Position numbers and translations under genes: made by a program. A stretch of DNA of 53,802 bases from IMG/VR virus record IMGVR_UViG_3300030107_003607, positions 1 through 53,802 of that record; one strand, written 5' to 3'. The notes beneath the pieces were generated by a model. The model saw nothing but the letters and a program-made list of their open reading frames with translations. It searched no databases and was not told the origin of the DNA. This stretch comes from a virus (taxonomy: Duplodnaviria > Caudoviricetes). Shown piece by piece: positions 47,623 to 53,802 of the stretch; positions within the stretch are counted from its first letter, which is position 1; every line of letters begins with the position of its first letter.

Positions 47623-47928
47623 ATGTGGTTAGATAATAATAAATCTTATTTAGTTTTTGGTAAACAATTAAATAATATAATAATTGTATTACAGATGATG
47701 AGTGATAAGTATCCAGATATTGAGAACCTTAATACATTTATACAATCATTGAAAGATATGAGGTCTTATGAAGATATGTTAGATGAGTTTATATATGGTG
47801 ACCAAAGAACATATCCAGATGAGAAAAGGAAAGTTGGTAAAAGAGATGTTATGACATTAGATGAGATAATGAATGATTTACAATTAAGATTTATGGATGA
47901 GAGAGATAAGAACAATGGAAAAAATTGA
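47623..47928 (+). CDS. Hypothetical protein
   Basis: GGAG RBS, 101 aa. Confidence 0.6.
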   Translation: MWLDNNKSYLVFGKQLNNIIIVLQMMSDKYPDIENLNTFIQSLKDMRSYEDMLDEFIYGDQRTYPDEKRKVGKRDVMTLDEIMNDLQLRFMDERDKNNGKN

Positions 47929-48208
47929 CCACATAGGTATTGTAGTAACTAATATCAATCACGCAGTTAAATGGTATACTGATAAGTTTGATTGTAAAGT
48001 AAACTATCAGGATAATAGTTGGGCTGAATTACAATTCGATAATATTAAACTGGCTTTGGTATTACCACAAGACCATCCAGCACACATAGCATTTGAATCG
48101 GATGACTTAACCAATCCAACCAAACACAGAGATGGTTCTGAATCAGTTTACGACCACGATACATTTGGTAATATAATAGAATATATAAGGTATGAGAAAA
48201 GTAGTTAG
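47915..48208 (+). CDS. VOC/glyoxalase-family protein
   Basis: IDHIGIVV, WY..F, HIAF, D.FGNIIE. Confidence 0.8.
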   Translation: MEKIDHIGIVVTNINHAVKWYTDKFDCKVNYQDNSWAELQFDNIKLALVLPQDHPAHIAFESDDLTNPTKHRDGSESVYDHDTFGNIIEYIRYEKSS

Positions 48209-48311
48209 AAACGAAGAACAAATAGAATATATCGTAATTGGAATGTTTATTGGCATAACAATTGGATTTGTAGTAGGATTAATATTTAAAGAATATATAT
48301 TTTATTTATAA
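48192..48311 (+). CDS. 39-aa membrane peptide (not in ORF track)
   Basis: GMFIGITIGFVVGLIF hydrophobic helix. Confidence 0.45.
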   Translation: MRKVVRNEEQIEYIVIGMFIGITIGFVVGLIFKEYIFYL

Positions 48312-48318
48312 AAAAGTC

Positions 48319-48350
48319 TTGACTCATATACGATTTACCTGTTATATTTG
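48319..48350 (+). promoter_or_regulatory. Repeated promoter TTGACT-N18-TATATTTG
   Basis: TTGACT 48319-24, TATATT 48343-48. Confidence 0.75.
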
Positions 48351-48368
48351 GTTGTTATGAGGTTAAAA

Positions 48369-48881
48369 ATGAAAAATAAAAAAACAGTTATATTTGATTT
48401 AGATGGTACACTTGCTAATATTGATGTTAGGAGAGATAAGTCTCTTAAACCTAATGGTAGGTTAAATTGGGATATATTTGCCGCACCATCTTCTATTATG
48501 GATTGGGATAAACCAAATCCACCAGTAATTAAAATGGCTCAGATGTTTAAGGCCGATGGATTTAAGATTGTCATCTTTTCTGGCAGAAACGATAGAGGTT
48601 TCCACGCTACTAAAGATTGGTTAAAGATACACAGAGTACCATTTGACTTATTGATTCTTAGACCCGATAAGTTCAAAGCTGACTCGTGGCCGATTGCTGA
48701 TGGTAATCCAGCTACACCTGATATGAGATTTATGCCAGATGAAATCCTAAAGAAAAAGATGTTAGATGCTTTCGTAGATATTGATGATGTCTTTTTAGTT
48801 GTGGATGACAGAGATAAGGTTGTAAAGATGTGGAGAGACTTAGGACTTAATACGTTTCAGGTGGCACCAGGAGATTTTTAA
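48369..48881 (+). CDS. HAD phosphatase (PseT 3'-phosphatase-like)
   Basis: IFDLDGTLA, SGR, K, VDDRDKVVKMWRDLGL. Confidence 0.85.
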   Translation: MKNKKTVIFDLDGTLANIDVRRDKSLKPNGRLNWDIFAAPSSIMDWDKPNPPVIKMAQMFKADGFKIVIFSGRNDRGFHATKDWLKIHRVPFDLLILRPDKFKADSWPIADGNPATPDMRFMPDEILKKKMLDAFVDIDDVFLVVDDRDKVVKMWRDLGLNTFQVAPGDF

Positions 48882-48889
48882 AAAAAGTC

Positions 48890-48919
48890 TTGACTTGTAT
48901 TACAATTATGTGTTATATT
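48890..48919 (+). promoter_or_regulatory. Repeated promoter TTGACT-N18-TATATT
   Basis: TTGACT 48890-95, TATATT 48914-19. Confidence 0.75.
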
Positions 48920-48946
48920 TACATATCAAATAAAGGGAAAAAATAA

Positions 48947-49291
48947 ATGACTTATGTTTATGAAAAACAATTGGGAAAATATGATTCTTCCACAAACTTC
49001 TATGGGGATAAACTCATAGTGGAGTATGTGTTTTCTTCAGTTGATAATTGCATCAAAGTTGTCGAGATGACAAGGGTTGGTGAGAATGAGTTTGGTGAAG
49101 TTGTTAATAACTTTCATAGGATGAATTGGATGAGTAAAGAAGGACAGGCTTCTTTGATGGAAGAGTTGGAAAGGGATATGACAGATAGGATGTGTGGTAC
49201 TGGTAATCATAGTATAGAGAATGATTTAGAGATTGCCAATGTGGAAGCAGATTGGTTGTTACAAAAAGCAGAATTACATTATGGAATATAG
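48947..49291 (+). CDS. Hypothetical protein
   Basis: First ORF after the promoter. Confidence 0.6.
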   Translation: MTYVYEKQLGKYDSSTNFYGDKLIVEYVFSSVDNCIKVVEMTRVGENEFGEVVNNFHRMNWMSKEGQASLMEELERDMTDRMCGTGNHSIENDLEIANVEADWLLQKAELHYGI

Positions 49292-49508
49292 GTTAGGTAG
49301 TATAAATGCCACATTGGTTGGCGAAGAGTTAGAATATGACAATGGTCAGAGTGAATGGCTAATAAGTTATTTGGCTAAGTATGATTGGGAAAATCAAGCC
49401 CCACATAGTACAGAAGATGCTTTCAAAATTGGTAAAGTAATAAAGTACTTTGGATATGATTGGCAAGACATTGAAAATGAAGCAAGAGAAATAGAGGCAA
49501 ATAAATGA
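49281..49508 (+). CDS. Hypothetical protein
   Basis: Acidic ORF, coupled to neighbours. Confidence 0.55.
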   Translation: MEYRLGSINATLVGEELEYDNGQSEWLISYLAKYDWENQAPHSTEDAFKIGKVIKYFGYDWQDIENEAREIEANK

Positions 49509-49741
49509 GTAAATTAAAAGAACTATATGATTTGGTAATTGATATTGAGTGTGAATTAGATGACGCCTATTATGCAATACCTGAGTATGATTGTAATAGT
49601 GATGGTAAGAGTAACATTGACGGCGCTCGTTGTTCCGTATACAATCTTAAAGATGTGATTGAAAAAGCTATCGTAGAAGAAACCAACAGAAAAGATATAC
49701 CTGGCTTTGAAGGAACTATGGGAGCATTAGAGAATTTATGA
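49505..49741 (+). CDS. Hypothetical protein
   Basis: Acidic 78-aa ORF with ATGA overlaps. Confidence 0.6.
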   Translation: MSKLKELYDLVIDIECELDDAYYAIPEYDCNSDGKSNIDGARCSVYNLKDVIEKAIVEETNRKDIPGFEGTMGALENL

Positions 49742-49953
49742 ATCTCTTAGAAAAAATAATTGATACATTTGATGGTGAGATTATGCAAGATAATAAATGG
49801 AGAGTTGATGGTTCTAAAGGGAATCATTACACAGTAGAGTGGCATCCATTTCATCATCATTATAGTTGTAATTGTAAAGGTTATATGTTCAGAAAAAAGT
49901 GTAGACATATTAATGAATTAAGCGAATCATTTAGAAATAGAATAAAAAACTAG
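49738..49953 (+). CDS. SWIM zinc-finger protein
   Basis: GSKGNHYTV...CNCKGYMFRKKCRHI. Confidence 0.75.
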   Translation: MNLLEKIIDTFDGEIMQDNKWRVDGSKGNHYTVEWHPFHHHYSCNCKGYMFRKKCRHINELSESFRNRIKN

Positions 49954-49961
49954 GAGAGGTT

Positions 49962-50180
49962 ATGATAGAGATACAAAAAAATAGCCGAGAGGTTATTCGT
50001 ATATCTGAATCTGAATATGAGGGTCACAAGTTTGTAGACTTACGTGTTTGGTATAATGATAATGGAGAAATGAAACCAACAAAAAAAGGTATATCATTTA
50101 ATCCATCAAAAGCTAAAGAGGTAGTTGAGGGAATACTGAGTGTTGTAGAAAAAGCTAATTGGGATAGTTTCAATGACTAA
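49962..50180 (+). CDS. PC4/YdbC-like ssDNA-binding protein
   Basis: SEYEGHKFVDLRVWY...PTKKGISF. Confidence 0.85.
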   Translation: MIEIQKNSREVIRISESEYEGHKFVDLRVWYNDNGEMKPTKKGISFNPSKAKEVVEGILSVVEKANWDSFND

Positions 50181-50517
50181 GTTATGGTTAGCAATTATCG
50201 CACAGGTTCTTGGTTCGTTGATAGCGTTCTATCAGTTGCAAGGACATTATGTATATCCACAATATAAGTTTTTAAAAAGTATGTGGTGGGTGTATCTAAC
50301 AAGTATCCCTATAGCACCATTATTCTTTTATAGTACCAAATGGTCGTTTGAACATTTCGGTGCTTTTTGGAATATGAGATTAGCTGGATTCGGTATTGGT
50401 ACGATCGTATTTGGTTTTATGGCTTGGGGATTAATAGGAGAAATGCCAACATTAAAAACTATTGTTTGTTTACTATTGGCATTGGCTATAATATTAATAC
50501 AGGTTACAAATTTATGA
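50173..50517 (+). CDS. Four-TM membrane protein (SMR/DMT-like size)
   Basis: 114 aa with four hydrophobic segments. Confidence 0.6.
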   Translation: MTKLWLAIIAQVLGSLIAFYQLQGHYVYPQYKFLKSMWWVYLTSIPIAPLFFYSTKWSFEHFGAFWNMRLAGFGIGTIVFGFMAWGLIGEMPTLKTIVCLLLALAIILIQVTNL

Positions 50518-50834
50518 TAGCAGAATATTTCTTAATGGGAGTTATTGCTCCCTCATTTCTAAACTTATTACACTTAGTTCTGAATGTTTATATAGTAGTT
50601 GCAAGAGGTAATGTATTGAGTTTAGGATTTACAGGTATAAGTTTCTTAACTAAAACAATGGGAATGATTTTCTTTACTTGGTTGGGTGTATCTATATTGG
50701 GATTAGACTATAGAATATATGTACCGATACTTTGTTTCTTTTGGTTCTTCTCTCATATAGCAGAAGCATTTGTGATACAACATTATATGGAAAAGAATGT
50801 TCCTAAGTGGATACAGGACATGCAATTAAAATGA
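50514..50834 (+). CDS. Multi-pass membrane protein
   Basis: Start moved to the ATGA overlap at 50514; hydrophobic throughout. Confidence 0.6.
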   Translation: MIAEYFLMGVIAPSFLNLLHLVLNVYIVVARGNVLSLGFTGISFLTKTMGMIFFTWLGVSILGLDYRIYVPILCFFWFFSHIAEAFVIQHYMEKNVPKWIQDMQLK

Positions 50835-51274
50835 GCAAACCAAACGATTGGATATTGAAAAGATTAGAAAGACTAATCAAACTACTTAAGCATAATAATT
50901 CTGATGTTAAACCTACCGATGATGAATTGTTTTCACACGAATTAATAGAAGCACAAGAGATGTATAATAAAGTAAATGGAGATGATCTTAGAAGTGTTTG
51001 GGAAATGAGTGGTTTGATGAAAGATGCCAATAGGATATGGAGAACACAAAGAAAAATATATAATGGTGAATTGGATAATAATTGGGAAGCTGTTTTATTA
51101 GGTGAAGTTGAAGATTTTTTAGAAAAGAACCAAAAAATAAATGCTATAAAACATTATAGAAATGAAATGGCTAACCGAGTGTTCGGAAAAGAACCACCTG
51201 GTTTAAAGGAATCAAAAGAATTTGTAGATGGTGTACAAAAAGATATGATTAATAGAGGAATATTAAAAACTTAG
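50831..51274 (+). CDS. Protein with C-terminal ribosomal L7/L12-CTD-like domain
   Basis: QKINAIKHYR...GLKESKEFVD. Confidence 0.6.
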   Translation: MSKPNDWILKRLERLIKLLKHNNSDVKPTDDELFSHELIEAQEMYNKVNGDDLRSVWEMSGLMKDANRIWRTQRKIYNGELDNNWEAVLLGEVEDFLEKNQKINAIKHYRNEMANRVFGKEPPGLKESKEFVDGVQKDMINRGILKT

Positions 51275-51325
51275 TTTCTTTATATTTATTCATAGAACAA
51301 TAACGCGTAAATTGGAGATAGTATT

Positions 51326-51553
51326 ATGAAATCAATACTAACAGGTATACTTTCTTTAGTAATCTTCTTCGGTGCTGTTCCAACAGTTCAAGCAGTACCA
51401 GCTAAGTGTGCATATACGAGTGAAATGACTTGTGAGATGGCATGCGCAGATGAAGATGTAAAAAAGAAGAAAAAGAAAAAAGGTAAGAAATTATCTGAAA
51501 AGGGCAAAAAGAAGAAGAAAGGTTTCTTCTCTAAAGTCTTTGGAAGTAAGTAG
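51326..51553 (+). CDS. Small exported Lys-rich protein
   Basis: Signal-like N-terminus ending VQA, three Cys, poly-Lys, GFFSKVFGSK tail. Confidence 0.6.
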   Translation: MKSILTGILSLVIFFGAVPTVQAVPAKCAYTSEMTCEMACADEDVKKKKKKKGKKLSEKGKKKKKGFFSKVFGSK

Positions 51554-51611
51554 TATGAAATTATCAGAGGTAATTATGAGTATTATCTCTGATAATATTT
51601 TAGGATAAAAA

Positions 51612-52082
51612 ATGAGAGAGTCAGTAAAAAGATTTATAGAAGCTTGTCAAAAAGGATATATGACACATCCAACACGTAAGACTAAAGTTATGTTTGGTAA
51701 GAGATATAGAAACTGCGTGAAAAAAGAAGGTGTGAATAGTAAAGTTACTACAGAACAGGCTATGAAAATTATAGGAGATGTTTGTGTAAATTGTGGTGAC
51801 TTTGCAAATGAAAATTTAAGAAAGTGGTTTAGTGACAGATGGGTAAACATTGGTAAGAAGAAAAAAGGTGGCGGACATCCTCCTTGTGGAACAAGTGGTA
51901 AGAAGAGAGGGTATGCTAAATGTGTACCAGCATCTAAAGCTGCTAGTATGACAAAGAAACAAAAAGCTAGTGCTACTCGTAGAAAAAGAGCTGCCCAAAA
52001 TAAAGCTGGTAGAGGTGGTACATCAAATATAAAAGGTGGTGGTAAGAAACCAATAAGAGTTTCTACCAAACCAAAGAAGTAG
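51612..52082 (+). CDS. Basic modular hypothetical protein, possibly virion-associated
   Basis: Cys-containing modules CQKGY..NCVK and LRKWF..WV..PCG..KCVP. Confidence 0.65.
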   Translation: MRESVKRFIEACQKGYMTHPTRKTKVMFGKRYRNCVKKEGVNSKVTTEQAMKIIGDVCVNCGDFANENLRKWFSDRWVNIGKKKKGGGHPPCGTSGKKRGYAKCVPASKAASMTKKQKASATRRKRAAQNKAGRGGTSNIKGGGKKPIRVSTKPKK

Positions 52083-52091
52083 GAGAGTAAA

Positions 52092-52715
52092 ATGAAATTA
52101 GAAGAGTTGGTAGGGAAACCGATTACAGAGGCTCAGTTTGATGAAGCCGCAGGAAAGAAAGATGCTTGCTACCACAAAGTAAAAGCTCGTTATGATGTAT
52201 GGCCATCTGCATATGCTAGTGGTGCTCTCGTAAAGTGTCGTAAGGTTGGCGCTGCTAATTGGGGAAATAAATCTAAGAAAGAATCCGTAGAAGAAGCCAG
52301 AGGAACTTGTTGGGTAGGCTACCAACAGGTAGGTATGAAGAAAAAAGGTGGTAAGATGGTGCCCAATTGTGTTAAAGAAATCTATGAAATATTTTATGAA
52401 GAAGATGGTAAAGCCCACGGATATACATTTGAACATATCAGAGAAAATGATTTGAACGAAGCAGAATATCAAGGCCGTAAAGTTAAGTTGGGTAAACCAA
52501 TGAGAGGTGATGTAAAGAAGTTTAAAGTATATGTAAAGAATCCAGCTGGTAATGTTGTAAAAGTAAACTTTGGGCAAGGTAAGAAAAATCCAGGCGGAAC
52601 TATGAGAATCCGTAAATCTAATCCTAAAGCTAGAGCTAACTTTAGAGCCAGACACAATTGTGATAGTCCAGGTCCAAGACATAAAGCTCGTTACTGGAGT
52701 TGTAGAAAATGGTAA
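52092..52715 (+). CDS. Basic modular hypothetical protein, possibly virion-associated
   Basis: Modules KDACYHKVK..., CWVGY..VPNCVK and AEYQGRKV..RARHNC..YWSCRKW, joined by ESVEE and DLNE. Confidence 0.7.
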   Translation: MKLEELVGKPITEAQFDEAAGKKDACYHKVKARYDVWPSAYASGALVKCRKVGAANWGNKSKKESVEEARGTCWVGYQQVGMKKKGGKMVPNCVKEIYEIFYEEDGKAHGYTFEHIRENDLNEAEYQGRKVKLGKPMRGDVKKFKVYVKNPAGNVVKVNFGQGKKNPGGTMRIRKSNPKARANFRARHNCDSPGPRHKARYWSCRKW

Positions 52716-53802
52716 AACTAAAAGATATTGTTGAAAATGTACAAATAGGTAAAGTATACACAGATAAAGATAGACCACCATTCAAAGCAGAGGGTACTTG
52801 TGGTTATGGTATTGGTGGCAAATTAGGAGAAGAACCAGCAGGTCCACATTTGTTAAAGAAAAAGAAAAAAGATGTAAATGAAAAAGTAGATACTGAAATG
52901 AAAAAGATATATCAGCTTCTTATAAAGTATGGTAATAATGCAAAAGATGCAGCGGCTATGATTAAAAAGAATTTAAAGTATGTAAATAAAACATACAGAA
53001 ATTCAACACCAAGAGGTAAGGCTATAGCACTTGTAGGACTTTCTAGTATAGGTGAATCCGTTGATTTCAAAAAAGCACACAAAAAATTTAAAGAGACAGG
53101 TGAACTTCCACCACATCTAAAAAAGTTAGTAAAAGATTTAGATAAAGTAAAGGTAAAACATAAAGTTAAAAACATTGTTGTTCCTGGTTTAGAGTGGATG
53201 TCGAAGATTAAAGAAGCTGTGAATGAACAACAAAAAAGACAAGCAAGTGATATACGAAATAAGTTTGACCAAGCTTATTTAAAATTCTCAAGAGAAGTTA
53301 GAGATGTAATTAAAATGATTGATAGGTATTCAGGTGATAAAACAGACGGAAAGATTATAGATAAAGCATATTCAAAAGGTCTTATTCCACTTGATAAATT
53401 AATGCAGTCGTGGGCAGCTGGTCAATATAAAAATCCAAATCTAAGTGAATCAGTAAATGAAGATGTATACATTGGATATTATAAAAATAAAAAAGTAAAA
53501 GTCAATGCTAAATCAGATAAAGATGCTAAAAAACAAATAATCTCTAAATTGAATATTCCTAAAGGAGATTTAGATAGAGCTTCAATGATAAATCATACTA
53601 AAAATAGTCCTGTAGCTGAAGCTGGTATGGAATTGAATAAACTCAAAGATGCTATCAAAATGTTTCAAAAGAAAATAGAGAAGCAAGGTAGAGTAACTAA
53701 TGCGAGAGATGAAGAACACCTAAAGAATCTAATAAAGGTTTACAAACAAATGGGTGGTAAAGGTGTTAAAGAATCCGTAAATGAAAATGTAGCACCTAAT
53801 CA
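52709..53802 (+). CDS. Modular Lys-rich protein with VNE linkers (3'-truncated; absent from ORF track)
   Basis: Hand translation from ATG 52709 (MVKLKDIVE...) is open for 364 codons to the window end. Confidence 0.8.
   Translation, partial: MVKLKDIVENVQIGKVYTDKDRPPFKAEGTCGYGIGGKLGEEPAGPHLLKKKKKDVNEKVDTEMKKIYQLLIKYGNNAKDAAAMIKKNLKYVNKTYRNSTPRGKAIALVGLSSIGESVDFKKAHKKFKETGELPPHLKKLVKDLDKVKVKHKVKNIVVPGLEWMSKIKEAVNEQQKRQASDIRNKFDQAYLKFSREVRDVIKMIDRYSGDKTDGKIIDKAYSKGLIPLDKLMQSWAAGQYKNPNLSESVNEDVYIGYYKNKKVKVNAKSDKDAKKQIISKLNIPKGDLDRASMINHTKNSPVAEAGMELNKLKDAIKMFQKKIEKQGRVTNARDEEHLKNLIKVYKQMGGKGVKESVNENVAPN

Noticed and set aside
51555-51614. Stop-codon readthrough or recoding joining the 17-aa ORF to 51612 (same frame, TAA at 51606)
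   Set aside because: 51612 has its own AGGA RBS, and TAA, TAG and TGA all end genes normally across the window
473-53175. Many minus-strand ORFs in the track
   Set aside because: They lie opposite well-supported + strand genes and have the Phe/Ser/Leu-rich composition of antisense shadows

Overview
AT-rich, densely coding window, almost entirely on the + strand, best read as part of a large lytic dsDNA phage with a T4-like replisome: family B DNA polymerase, sliding clamp and two clamp-loader subunits. Layout: (1) 1-8.7 kb, replication and nucleotide genes with two Mom-like GNAT DNA-modification genes inserted among them. (2) 8.7-36.3 kb, an apparently continuous glycan-biosynthesis island with about 13 putative glycosyltransferases, 6 methyltransferase domains, heptose and deoxy/amino-sugar enzymes, and a phosphonate module (cytidylyltransferase-PEP mutase fusion, split phosphonopyruvate decarboxylase, Fe-alcohol dehydrogenase, adjacent alkaline-phosphatase-superfamily protein). 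(3) 36.5-42 kb, accessory genes including a third Mom paralog and a short kinase. (4) 42-43.7 kb, an unusual locus: HTH plus degenerate HNH gene, back-to-back promoters, a roughly 450-nt heavily base-paired non-coding region, and TGACA-N3-TGACA repeats on both sides. (5) 44-51 kb, small early-type genes behind a repeated TTGACT-N18-TAnnTT promoter. (6) 51.6 kb to the end, basic modular proteins punctuated by (V/I/L)xE or ESVNE linkers, suggesting protease-processed polyproteins. All calls come from motif recognition by eye; no searches or folding programs were run.
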